Assembly (NCBI GenBank): GCA_013265495.1
Contig: MU058844.1
Location: 1,494,941-1,558,940, forward strand
Direction: 5' to 3'
Length of the DNA stretch: 64,000 nucleotides
From: Vicugna vicugna
Taxonomy: Eukaryota
Below are positions 22,901 to 34,385 of the stretch, piece after piece. The notes beneath the pieces were generated by a model. It did not search any database. It saw only the letters and a list, made by a program, of their open reading frames with translations, and was not told where the DNA came from. The stretch's first letter is position 1; every line of letters starts with the position of its first letter. A program made the position numbers and the translations under genes.

Positions 22901-25728
22901 TAAAGATGAATACAAATATAAAAAGGCACTTACTTAATTTCTTGGAATTCACATTCTGGTTGGCAAGAAAGGCGTATGATGCAAAATGGAAAAGGCTATA
23001 TCACAGCCATGTACAAAATACCATAATTAACTAATTCTACTGGAGGGGGGGAGACAGTGGGAGAGAGTAGAGGAGGGCTCCAGAGAGAGAGTGGTACTTG
23101 AATTATGCCTCTAGGAAGTGAGATACTTATGAGATGGGGGAACAGTGAGGGAGAGAGAGAGAGAAATTCAGTTGGGTGTCCTTTATTGTAGGAAGAGACC
23201 TGGACTTACTCAGAGGCAAAGAGACTTCTAACTTAACAGTGCGATTCTCTGATACACAATAGAGGAACACGGCAGTGGGGAATTCTTCAAGGTTGCTTCT
23301 CCACTTACCATGTCCTTGTCTCTGCCCTCTTTGTTCCCATGGCATTGCCATGCTTCACTGAAAGGGGACACAGGGAGGAAGTGAGTTCAGCCTGGGTGAA
23401 TTAGAGGCAGTGATGACTGTTGTGGAGACCACAGGAAAGAGAAACAAAAGTAACCTATCTCTCTGCTCACTGTGCTGGTGGGACCCTTACGGGATGAGTG
23501 TTTCACCGATGAAGGTGTCACTAGCCCTGAAGTGAGAATGCAGGCTTCGGCTGTGTTTTAGTACCAAGTGGAGGGGAAAAGGAATTGAAACACACGGTTC
23601 TCTTCAATTGTGTTATTTCAACCTGGAGGGCATGGCTGCCCAGTCCTTTCACTAGAGACAGCGGCCCGGGATAGATACAGAACAGAAATAGCACCCACAG
23701 ATACCCTACACGAAGATGACTGTGTTAAAGGCAAGACTCTGTCTGAACACTGGGAAATAAAGTGATCACCTGTTCAGTCCCAGCCAGGGAAGCAATAGCC
23801 TCTAAGAAAAAGAGAACAATGATCTTATAGCCAGGATGCTACTGAGCCTTGGGCTGTTCTGTTTAGAACAAATGAGAAGCAGTCAACATAGATGCAACCC
23901 ACATTGTTGGCAACCACATCACAATTCCTTGGGGTTTCACTTTGAGAAGGTGAGACTTTGAAATTTGGGGGGGGAGTTAAGATTTCATATTGGAATGATC
24001 ACTGCACTGTTCATGAGTAGTAATAATTCTGGGTTTTGTGCATGTTTTAAAAAGGGATACTGGACTTTCCTCTATTCATTGCCAAGTCCTCCCTGCCTCC
24101 AAATCTTCCTATAAAATGCTTCTTCTCTAGTCTTTAAATATATCCTGCGACTGAATATGATTATGGAATATTTACATGCATCCTTGTCTACTGAATCAAA
24201 AGATCATGAATAAAAATGCCCATCATTAAAGCCCCAACGTGATTGGATTGGCATAGGGAACGGGGATGGGGCTGGCATGGGAGAGAGGATCTGACTCTGA
24301 GATTTCATGAAATCAAAAACAATAGGACAGCTGCTTTTCCATAAACAGATTATTATTATTATTTCTACCTAGACAGCTTGATAGCAGCCATTATCTTCTT
24401 TCTGGGTGTCTTATCAAGTTCCGGCTGTGTGCAGCATGGGTGATAAGGAATGAGAAATGTCACCCATGGGATTGCCAAGGATTATTTCTATGCACTGCTG
24501 TTCAGCAACAGCCAATCCCTTAGAACCAAGAGTAGTCCTATTGTTCGCGCTAGGCAGTCGCTATTCTGACTACACCAAGAGAGCAGAAAGAGGATGTAGT
24601 TGCCATTGTATGAAGGATTGAAATTTCATTACTCTCAGCTAAAGTTCAGGCAGTCTTGATTTTGAAAAACAAAATCATCATGGAATATCTTTGAAGAGGG
24701 AGAAGACAAGGGAAGGAAAGAAGAATGAAATGAGCTTGAGCTTTTCAGGCCTATGAGGGAGTGTAACAAAAAAAAAGAAAGTGAGAGAAAGGTATAATCC
24801 TTTCAATTACTGGAACTTAAAATGCCAGGCATAGACGCCTCAAAGGAATTGAATAGCATCATATAACCATTACTTGTGATCCAATTGTTTAATGCAAATA
24901 TCCATCCTGCATGTTACTCACCAGAAAATAGTTGATTTACTAGATTTCTGTTTAATTCTCTCTGTTTCATCCTAAATTCTTGAATGAAATTAATCCATGG
25001 ATAGGGAACACTGCCTTTGCTTCTCAATTAAAAATAAGAAATTATAGATGTAAATGTGCTGGCTCAAAATATTTGAGGGAAAAAAACACAATCTTAATGT
25101 GTTTTTGTTACAGTAACTCAGCTTCCTAACCTTTTATCTGCCTAGAGGAAAGACTGCATGAGGGAAAAACTAAAGCATACGGCTAACCTGTGCTACGTTC
25201 ACATCGAATTTCCTCCCAAAGTGTTCAGAGGGCTTCCGTCTTCTTTATACAGTTTTAGGGTCATGCTGATACTATGATGGACGCTGCTTGCAAGTGAGCC
25301 AAATAAAATTTTTCCAGCATCTTAAATCACTATTCTGAAATTGGAATTTCAAATGAATAAAATGCTTTGCTTTTAAACCAACAACTTCTGAAATTAGCTC
25401 TCAGTTGTAGGATCGTTAAGACAGGGAGTAGGCGGAGGTTGGGAAGGTAAAGAGCAGAGAGAGGGGTGCAGAGGAGGGAAGGGGGACGTGGGAAAAGAAG
25501 ACAGGGTCTGACTCCCTTGGGGCGTGTGAGCTCCAGGAGGGCAAGACCTGCTCTCGCCGTTTTTAACAACATCTCGGACAGAGTCTTAGGAGGTATTTGC
25601 TAAGTAAATTAGTGAAAGGTGTGTAGAAAATATGGTTTCAGTGTTAATATAGCCAGAGGAACATTCTCCCAACTAAACAAGCTATTTTAGTTTTCTTTGC
25701 CATTAAGCATTTATTAGGAAGTCTAGAG

Positions 25729-25889
25729 CATCTCCGGCTTTAACACATATAGGAATTATCTGGGGATCTTGTTAAAATCCAGATTCTGACTCAGTAGTCC
25801 TGGGAGAGGGTCTGAGATTCTGCATTTCCGTCGGGCTCCCACGGGATGCTGATGCGACTGGCCCATGGAGTGTGGTCTGAGTAGCAATG
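25729..25889. mobile_element. MER5A (hAT-Charlie)
   Basis: 'gaattatctggggatcttgttaaaatccagattctgactcagtag ... ctgagattctgcattt ... gatgctgatgc ... tgagtagcaatg'. 8-bp TSD-like flanks gtctagag/tgctagag. Confidence 0.85.
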
Positions 25890-25924
25890 TGCTAGAGTAA
25901 TACATGGGGGCCGGGGGCATGGGG

Positions 25925-26080
25925 GCTGGACTGGGAGTCATAAGCTCTGAGTTCTAGTCTCTGACATTAACCATCTGTGTTTTTAAGCCAATTGATTCAT
26001 TTTCTTAACCCTGGTTTCCCCATCTATATAATGAATGGGTTGCATCTACGGAATTTCTAGGGTTCTTACAGACTTAATAT
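25925..26080 (+). mobile_element. MIR SINE
   Basis: 'ctggactgggagtca ... ctgagttctagtc ... gtttccccatctatataatg'. Confidence 0.7.
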
Positions 26081-26087
26081 TTTAAAA

Positions 26088-26140
26088 TGAAAAGAAGAAA
26101 GACAGAAAGAAAGAAAAGAAGGAAGGAAGAAAGAAAGAAT
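26088..26140. repeat. (GAAA/GGAA)n purine repeat
   Basis: Directly visible. Confidence 0.85.
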
Positions 26141-26464
26141 TTAGAGAATGCTCAGTTTGTCAAAGCTGCACAGGTAACTTGACATAGCTGAATTGTGATT
26201 CAGCTGATTTATTTTTCCACTATCATTTCTTTTATCATTATTAATAGTTTTTGTGGAATGCCTACAATTTGCCTGATGCAATGCTAAGTGTTAGGAATAC
26301 AAGAATGAGTATCATATTTTATTGTCAAATCCCTTGCCTGATTAACTGAGAGCATTCCATGCTGCAAGGTGTCAACCAGCTAATCAATGCCAATGTCTAG
26401 TATGTGTGTTAATATGCTAGTCCCCCTCCTCTGTGATGTAACATATTAATGCTTATTAATGGCT

Positions 26465-27012
26465 TCAGTAGAATGCTTGCAAAGATGGCCAATTCTCCAA
26501 CTCTCCCCATATCTACTCTCTCTGCTGTGTGATTTTTGAGCTGATCACATCAAAAGGTGGAATTTCTTTCCCTACTCCCTGACTTCGGGCTGGCCTTTGT
26601 GACTTGCTTTGGCTAACACAATGCAGTGACAGGAATAAAGTGCCAGTTCTCAGTCCTGGCCTCAATAGGCTATGCCTACTTTTGTTCCCTCTCTCAGATC
26701 CCTACCACTGCCATAAAGAACAGGCCTGGGATAGCCTCCTGGAGGACGAAGGTCACAAGGAGTGACCAGTTGTCCCAGGTGAAGCCAATCTAGACCAGTC
26801 TGCAGCAAGTCATCCCACAGATAGGTGTGAAAGCTTAACCAAGAGCAACAGAGTTTCTCCCCAAGTCCACTGCTGACCACAGAGGCACAAGTGAACTCAG
26901 CTGAGACCAGGAGAACTGCCCGGCTCATCCATAAAATCCTGAGCAATAGTAAGTGCTTATTAAGGCCACTTAGTTTTGGGGTGCTTTGTTATGCAGCATA
27001 GTTAAGTGATAT
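26465..27012 (+). mobile_element. MLT1F/G/H-like MaLR solo LTR
   Basis: 'tgcaaagatggcca ... catcaaaaggtgga ... gggctggcctttgtgacttgctttggctaa ... tgccagttct ... ttaaggccacttagttttggggtgctttgttatgcagcatag'. Confidence 0.8.
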
Positions 27013-28289
27013 GATGGGCTTCTGGGCACTGAGCTTTAATTCAGATAAATGGGTCTTGTTTGGGTTCTCCCTGGAAGATGTCAGGTGAGATATTATGTGA
27101 GAGGTATGAACTTTGCTTCCTCTTCCATATTGTTGAGCTGCTTCTCACTTACAAAAAGGGAGGAGCTTAGCTTGAATTATATTTTGTTTTACTGATAAAA
27201 GAAAGATGTCCACAATGGCGACAGGAAATGCTTAATTCAGACATTTATGTGCAAGGTAACATACAAGCATATTCATTTTTTTAAAGAAAATGTAAAAGAC
27301 AGAGCCAAGATCAGAAATCAGGAAAGGAATGTCTGAGTCCCGCTTTTGCCACTTGCATGTATTACCTTGAGCTTCTATCTTCTTTGTGATAACCAGCTAT
27401 AACTATAGCTGCCTTCCTTCAAACGTGGCCATGTGTTAGTCAATTTATTTTATTTTCACATAAAAGTATCTAGTAATTACTGAGAAGCCATAATTCCCTC
27501 TAGAAGTATAATAATAACTACCATATGTACATGTCACAGTTTTCCAATTGCTCTTATATAAATTATCTCACTTTGATTCTCCAGTGATGCCTTGAAATAC
27601 GTATCTTTATATTCTCATTTTACAGATGAGGAACCTCACTGTTTTCTGAATGCTGGTATTTCTAAAGCTGAGACCATGAGAGACTTGCTAAAATAAGAAC
27701 CCCACCATTTGGAGTTTTTATTTTTAAGAGTCAAACCTGTTGAGTAGGTCAGACCTCTGGCTTTCATTACCAAGTAGCTACCTCTCCTGTCATTACAATT
27801 TTTGTCACAACAGCTCTTGTCTATGACGTGCCCTTCTTCTTTTCCCCAAGACATTTTTAAAGTGAGAGAAAGATAACGGTTATTTTGAAATGGCATCTTG
27901 GCTTAGTATATATATTCTTAAGCCATTAGGTTGTCTATTTAATGATGTTGATGGACTAAACATATGATTAACTTATTATCATCAGTACTTAAGCCGTGAA
28001 TTTTTATTTTTTTTAATTATGTACTTGTGTTGGCTGATAATGTAGGTACTGGACTCAGACAGCTTCTATCTGAAATATATATAATGGCCTAAGTTTCTGG
28101 TGAATATTGCCTAGCCCCTGACTGGTGATTTAAGTTTCACCAAAGGTTATGAGTCTTACAAGGTAGAGTTATTTCCTCTGTGCTACTTAATTTTAAGTGC
28201 TGTAATTATTTTGACCATCTCTTGTAACTGTTCCAGTACCACATTTTGACAGTGTGAAGGAGAATGGCTATTGTGACATTATAGTAGCT

Positions 28290-28510
28290 GCCTTTTGTTG
28301 AGAGATCTTAGTGTGTGAAAGCCCACATGCTAAGTGTTCTACTCAGTTTTCACAACAGCCCACTGAGATGAGATCTTTTATCATCCCTCTTTTACAGACA
28401 AGGGAACTGAAGCACAGGAATGTTAAGTAAATTGCCCAAAGTCATACAGCTAGTAAGTGACAAAGCTCAGGCCATTCGAGTAGGAAATTCCTATACCATA
28501 TACTGCTGTA
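28290..28510 (-). mobile_element. MIR SINE
   Basis: 'tcacaacagccc ... tttacagacaagggaactgaagcacagga ... gttaagtaaattgcccaaagtcatacagctagtaagtg'. Confidence 0.85.
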
Positions 28511-29052
28511 TTTCTTGTACCATAAGATTTTTCTTTAAATCAGACATCAAAAAATGATAAATATCAAATTTAGCCATAGCAGCGCTATATCATCAAAAAT
28601 TGTATGTGTCACAGGCAGACTAGGTACTATGAACTCCCTTGCAGAAATCTCCCAGTAATCAACCTCCAGTAGGACGTTTTCCCCTGTCTATTAGACATGC
28701 AGACAATGTAAAAGAAGGAGAGGAAATTCTCCCTCTTTGTAGGAGAATTTGGGAGGATAGAGTTGATTCTATAAGGTCTGAAGGTCATAGTAGGGAGGCA
28801 ATGGATAGCAGTCCTTGAAATTAGTTCATTTCAAGATGCCATCATGCAGATTTCAGCTGGGTCTGCCAGTTCTTGAAACATAGGCAGACTTGATTCTAAT
28901 TCTGATTCCTCAAATTGAGAAAGCACTATACGACTCCAAAATTTCTTCTCACAGTCCTTTTGACCACATCTCATGGGTTCTGTTTACTTCCAAGTCAACA
29001 GAGACATAGAAGTCAAACCCTTCAGAGGTTTCTATCAGAAAGCTAATCCATC

Positions 29053-29526
29053 CATTATGGGTTGACGTGTGTACTGCAAAAATTCATATGTCCTAACCCC
29101 TAGGACCTCAGAATGTGACCTTATTTGGAAATACAGTTGTTGCAAATGCAGTTAAATTAAGATGAGGCCATTCAAGGATGGGGTGGGCCCCTAATCCATT
29201 ATGACTGGTATCCTTTGACAAAGAGGAAATCTGGACACAGATACAGACAGAGGGAGAACTCTTTGCCAAGATGAAGGCAGAGATCAGGGTGAGGATTTTA
29301 TACACCAAGGAACACACAAGGAGCATCACAAGAAAGTGATGGCCAGCAAGCCACCAGAATCTAGGGAAGAGGCACGGAACAGATATTCCTTCTTTGCCAG
29401 AAGGGACCAACCTGACTGACACCTTGATCTTGGACATCTAGCCTCCAGAACAGGGATAATAATTTTCTGTCGTTTATCTAGTCAGTTTGTGGTACTTGGT
29501 TATGGCAGCTCTAGTAAATGAACACA
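29053..29526 (+). mobile_element. MLT1B/C-like MaLR solo LTR
   Basis: 'cctcagaatgtgaccttatttggaaata ... aattaagatgagg ... gggtgggcccctaatcca ... gacaccttgatcttggac ... tagcctccagaac ... gttatggcagctctag'. 5-bp flanks ccatc/ccaac. Confidence 0.9.
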
Positions 29527-29879
29527 CCAACAGACACATCCTGAGTTGGGTAGATTTTACTGAAGATATTTGGAGGGAAGGATGTCACAGGGAGGGATGA
29601 CATTTCACAGCCCACAGCATACTTCCAGTTAAATTGCCCTATCTCTCCCTCTACTCTCCTTCTTATCACCTCCATTTCAAGTTAATCTCTAAATACTCAG
29701 CTTCAAAATTGTCTTGAATTTTTTAGAATAGCTTTTCCCTTCCCCTGAAGTTATGGCAACAACCAACATCTAGACCCTAGGGTTCAGCTCCTGGCCTAAA
29801 CATTAATCAAAGGACATGCCAAACATAAATAGTAGAGAAATTCCTGTGCCACATATTACAGCAAGAACATTTTCTAGAT

Positions 29880-30510
29880 GGCATGGCTTCAGATCTTGGC
29901 TCTGCTATTTACCAGCCGTGTGAACTCCAGCAAGTTACCACACCTCTCTAAAATGAGGATAATAGTAGTAATACTCCACAGTGTCTGTCTGAAGTTCGGT
30001 GCTCTATCAAACAGACTCTGAGGCAGATATTTGTGGAAGATGGTGCACTGGGGAAAGCTCCCAGGAACAGCACTTTCAGTGAGTGAAAGGAATAGGGAGG
30101 GGCAGAGTGAGACGTTGACCTGTGATACATGTACAGTTGGGGTCTCAGCCTTTCTCACAGGGAGCTGTGGAGCTGCATAGCCCTTCAGAGTGGTCTCATA
30201 CTAAGGCAAAGGGGCTGAGATTCTGTCTCCTCTCACCCACAACGACTACTCATTGGAAGAGGGCTACTCCCAGCCAGGAGGTCATAACCTTTGGTGAGGT
30301 TGAAAGCAGTTTCTTGAGAGCAGCTCGACTCTGAGCAGTCAGTCACCAGCACTGTCTTGGTAGCAGGGGAATGAGTGTCTTGGCTGCCTGTCTGTCCTGC
30401 AGTTAATTTCTGGGACACATTATAGTATTTACTACAGGGTGAAATAAGTTAATACACATGATACTCTTGAAACAGTACCTGGGGGGTGATAAGTGCTGCA
30501 TCCATGAGCG
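29880..30510 (+). mobile_element. MIR SINE split by an LTR16A-like insertion
   Basis: The MIR left part (29880-29985) and right part (30437-30510, 'taatacacatga ... aacagtacctgg ... taagtgct') are collinear across the LTR. Confidence 0.7.
29986..30436 (-). mobile_element. LTR16A-like ERVL solo LTR
   Basis: Reverse complement matches remembered LTR16A: 'aaacagactctgaggcagatatttg ... gggcagag ... gggagctgtggagctg ... gcccttcagagt ... ggggaatgagtg ... actaca'. Confidence 0.8.
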
Positions 30511-30559
30511 TCATCAGACGTTCAAGGTCTACATTTGCATTTCTTAGCTTAATGTAGTT

Positions 30560-30720
30560 ACATACAGTTCACAGAATAATTTTACATGGATTTTGATTCT
30601 TATGGAGGTCCTGTAGGTGAGTGAAGCAGATATTTCATGAGGAAACTGAAGCTCAGAGCAGTTAAATGACTTGCTTAGTGCCACTGTTAACAGGAACCTG
30701 TCCTTCCCTGTTTTTAATTT
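30560..30720 (-). mobile_element. MIR SINE
   Basis: 'atgaggaaactgaagctcagagcagttaaatgacttgc'. Confidence 0.75.
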
Positions 30721-31206
30721 CCTCCTCCCTATTTGCAACCATGGTTAATTTTTGAAACCACAAGTACCCATGTATGGGCTCAGTCTCACCAGCTGTAATC
30801 TTAGGACATACTGAAGGATTTATAATTCCCTAATCTAACATCAGGGTTCAGCATTAACAATCTGGTGGCAGGCTTGGCCTTATCCTGAGGCGTGATGACA
30901 TTGCAAAGGTTGTTGATGGGGTGAATGCATTTCACCAGGGGAGGCTGACCAGCTGGCTGTAAGAGCCCTTGTGGAGTAGCCTTTATCTTAGTGGATTCTC
31001 TGTGTAATTGCGTGTGTCTGGCTTTCTACTTCAAAGACCTGATTTTGTGTTGACTGGGAGTAGAGAAAGCTTTCAGGGGAAGATACATTAAATACATACA
31101 GAGAAGATTGGTATTTAAGCTAGAATTCTGCTTTTTAAAGTCACCCAAAAGACTTAAATTCCCAGAGCAGCACTTTTTTTTTTCTCTGTAGGCAAACTAA
31201 TCAACC

Positions 31207-31335
31207 ATTTGCTTGGTGAGCAAAGGGAATTGGTTGATCTTAAGAAGAATACCTCAGCTAAGAATATTTGCTTGGTGAGCATAACATCAGAGCAAAGGGA
31301 ATTGGTTGATCTTAAGAAGAATACCTCAGCTAAGA
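31207..31335. repeat. Recent 57-bp tandem duplication; second copy has 13 extra nt
   Basis: Copy 1 is 31207-31263. Copy 2 is 31266-31335, identical except for the extra ATAACATCAGAGC at 31281-31293. Confidence 0.95.
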
Positions 31336-31654
31336 TATCTGGGGGCCCCTTTTCTCTTCTGTAGGAATACTGGCCTTAATACTTTAGTCTGGTGACCAAA
31401 GGCTCCCCCCACCCCCGGTTAGGGTTGTACACGCACTGCTAGCCTTTGTTTCTGGGAGCCTCATTTTCCTGTGTTCCATGGTTGACCAGCTCTCCTTTTA
31501 AGACCATCATATTAATAACTCTAATGAGTTTACAGGGAAGGCCTACTCTAGCCAGATGGCTGTTCTAACTCCTTGGAGTGATTTTGCATGTCTCTGTATT
31601 TATTTCATAGTTTAACTCTCAGAGGGCAATACTATATACCCTTTATGCAGAGGA

Positions 31655-32100
31655 GCAGCAGGGTAAGCAGAGTGTTTAGAACTCAGGTTCTGAAACTGGG
31701 TTGCGTTGGCTTACATCTGCGCTTGCCTTTTGCTAATGTTGTGACTTGGGACTAGTTACTTTTGCTTGATGTGCCTCAATTTCTTTATCTGCACAATGGA
31801 GGTGATAATTGTGCAGATTTCATAGGGTTGTTTAAGGATTTAATGAATAATTTATATAAAAGATTTAAAAGGGTGGCTGGCAAAAAAATGCTAATTAGGT
31901 CTTAATTAATGATATATGTCATACAAACTATTGCTTACAAACTAATAATCAGAGTGAGCATTTATTGAGTGCTTATATAATCCAGGCACTGTTATAGAAC
32001 TTTTACCTGAATATCATGTAATTTCCCAAACTCAGTAGGATGGAAAACATTTTGAGTCTATTTTATAGATAAGGAAATGGTAATACAGAGATTAGAAACC
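31655..32100. mobile_element. Two MIRs tail-to-tail (+ about 31655-31910; - about 31945-32100)
   Basis: 'tgtgacttgggactagttact ... tgtgcctcaatttctttatctg ... catagggttgtttaaggatttaatga' and 'gcatttattgagtgctta ... ccaggcactgt ... attttatagataaggaaa'. Confidence 0.8.
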
Positions 32101-32244
32101 ACGAAAAAGGGATAGAGCAGGTGACCTGGAGGAATCAAGATTTTCATCTCTACGTATCACCTATATGTTCGAATCCTACAAATAAACTTCAACACTGCCC
32201 CCGGTGCTAGAGTCCTTTCCTTGGTAATACGGTGACTCAGACTA

Positions 32245-32290
32245 GTGTGACACAACATTGTAAATCAATTATATGTCAATTAAAAAAGAA
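32245..32290 (+). mobile_element. Very short L1 3' terminus
   Basis: 'acacaacattgtaaatcaattatatgtcaattaaaaa', typical of laurasiatherian L1 3' tails. Confidence 0.6.
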
Positions 32291-33329
32291 TAGTGCCCTG
32301 CAATGCTTCTTCCAATCCCACAAGAGAAAAACTAGATCTTTCATGTCACCAGGAAGCTGGAGCTCTATTACCTACTGATCCTTGCCCCTGTTTCTCCAGC
32401 TTGCTCATCCCACTATCTGAGCAGTACTGTGAGTATGGTCCCCCTGATCCCAGGCTACTAAACCTGCCGGGGCTTCTCTAACTGTGTCAAAGTCCACTGA
32501 TAGCAACTGCCGTTTAAGTCTTTACCTGGTCCCTGCTGCAGTTCCTCAAGGTACCATACTCTACCTGCTCAACTGGACTTCCTTCAAACATAGGCAGTCA
32601 GAGCCCCCCTCTCTTGGGCCTCAGTGCCTGCCCCTGCTGCACTCCAAGGTGAAGGGTGGTCACAGGTCTTTGCTCCCTTGCATTGCCTGTTGGATAGTCC
32701 TTAACCAGAGAAATCTCATACCAGTCTTGGAGTATAATTATAAGAGGTATAACTGGAATTGAATCCATGTCTCCTGACTTTACATCCTAAAGAGGCAGGG
32801 ATTGAGGCTGAATTACATAGGAAGAACTCTGAGTTAGCTGAAGACAGTTCAGAGGTCAAGCAGGTCAAGAATGGGCAAGAAGGAATTCGAGACCACTCTC
32901 AATCTTTATTGCTCTTTGTAACTTGAATCTTTCAGGTGGGTGGTGCATAGTGTAAGGAGGATAAGCAAGTTTAAAGGGCCTTGGCTACTGGGATAGGCTC
33001 AGATTCTTTGTCTTTTACCAGGCTCCATCACCTCATCATCTTAAGTCTTAGGAGCGTGTATACTGTTTAGCTACAGAAGAGACTCTTCTAGAGTGTCCCA
33101 ATTTATTAAATATGCTGAAGCCTATTATTGAACAGAGGAGGTAGAATTTTCTTTATGTGATTGATGAAAGCATGTTATGAGGCTCTCATCCAGCCAGGAT
33201 TATCATATTGTTCTTGGACAGCATTGGGTGACTGGGCACTCTGTATTGCTGCCTTAGCTTCTGCATTCCAGTGCTTTTAAAAGGCTTTAAACTGTTTCAT
33301 GTCCCTGTAGTTTTAGTGTTGTTGTTGAA

Positions 33330-33488
33330 TTTTTTTTTAATTTGTAATTTTTTATAATTAGATTAGGTAATTAGATTTATTTGTTTATTTTATTTATTTT
33401 TATTTTTAACTTTTTTTATTGATTTATAATCATTTTACAATGTTGTATCAAATTCCAGTGTAGAGCACAATTTTTCAGCTATACCTGA

Positions 33489-33519
<31 letters not shown>

Positions 33520-33736
33520 CATTGTCACATTCTTTTCTCTGTGAGCTACCATAAGATCTTGTGTATATTTCCCTGTGCTATACAGTATAATCTTGTTTAT
33601 CTATTCTACGATTTTGAAATCCCGTCTATCCCTTCCCACCCTCCTATTTGTTTATTTTAAATGGAGGTATTGGGGATTGAACCCAGCACTTTGTGCATGC
33701 TAAGCACACACTCTACCACTGAGTTATACCCTCCCC
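33330..33736 (-). mobile_element. tRNA-derived camelid-type SINE (Vic-like), interrupted by an L1
   Basis: Head at 33660-33736 'ggaggtattggggattgaacccagcactttgtgcatgctaagcacacactctaccactgagttataccctcccc' carries Pol III A/B boxes on the minus strand. The tail 'aggtaattagatttattt' and poly(T) lie at 33330-33392. Confidence 0.85.
33393..33644 (-). mobile_element. Young 5'-truncated L1 3' end with perfect TSD
   Basis: L1 3' UTR 'cattttacaatgttgtatcaaattccagtgtagagcac ... ttccctgtgctatacagt', flanked by identical TATTTGTTTATTTTA at 33378-33392 and 33645-33659. Contains a (TA)n tract. Confidence 0.9.
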
Positions 33737-33864
33737 ACCATGTCCAAGTCCTTTTGTCTCTCCTGTCCCTTCTACAGGTGGTACCCCTCCCTTCTCTTTA
33801 AGACAAAGCTGGAACATTCTCTGACTTGGGGCTTTCTTGTGTTGTGTGCATGCCTCTATTGTAA

Positions 33865-34385
33865 TAATAATACCCGATATTTCTTGAATGCTAATTACAA
33901 ATCAAGCACAACCAATTTATGAGCTAAATGTTATTGTTATCTTCATATAACAGATGAAAACTGAGACTTTAAGTAAGTTAATAACTGTCCCAAGGGGATC
34001 TGTGTAAACAGAGTTCAAATCCAGACATCTGACTTCAGAACCCAAGTTTTAACCACCATGTAAGCTGTCTGCAGCTCATGTATCTGTTCATTCATCCATC
34101 TTGCATATATTCATTGAGAGCTTCCTACATATAGAAAACTCTTGTACCTGAAAATACAACAGTGAACAAAACAGATAAAATCTCTACCTTTATGCAGTTT
34201 GCATTCTATTGGAGGAGACTGACAATAAACAAATATAATGTAATTCCAGGAAGTTGTAAATGCAGTGAAAAAAATGTACAGAAGAAGAAAACAGAGGACT
34301 TAGGAGAATAGCTATTTTAAGTGGCAGAGTGATGAAAGGCTGCTGCTCTGAGGAGGGGATGTATGAGTAGAGACCTGACTAAATG
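33865..34385 (-). mobile_element. MIR (about 33865-34070) followed by an L2 3' end (about 34085-34385)
   Basis: 'acagatgaaaactgagact ... ttcaaatccagacatctgacttcaga' and 'tcattcatcca ... tcattgagagc ... atacaacagtgaacaaaacagataaaa'. Confidence 0.8.

Noticed and set aside
24915..24975. Minus-strand exon ending CTG|gtgagt
   Set aside because: No convincing polypyrimidine tract or acceptor upstream.
31207..31335. Direct repeats as LTRs or a repeat-spacer unit
   Set aside because: Only two adjacent copies and no element between them; a simple tandem duplication.
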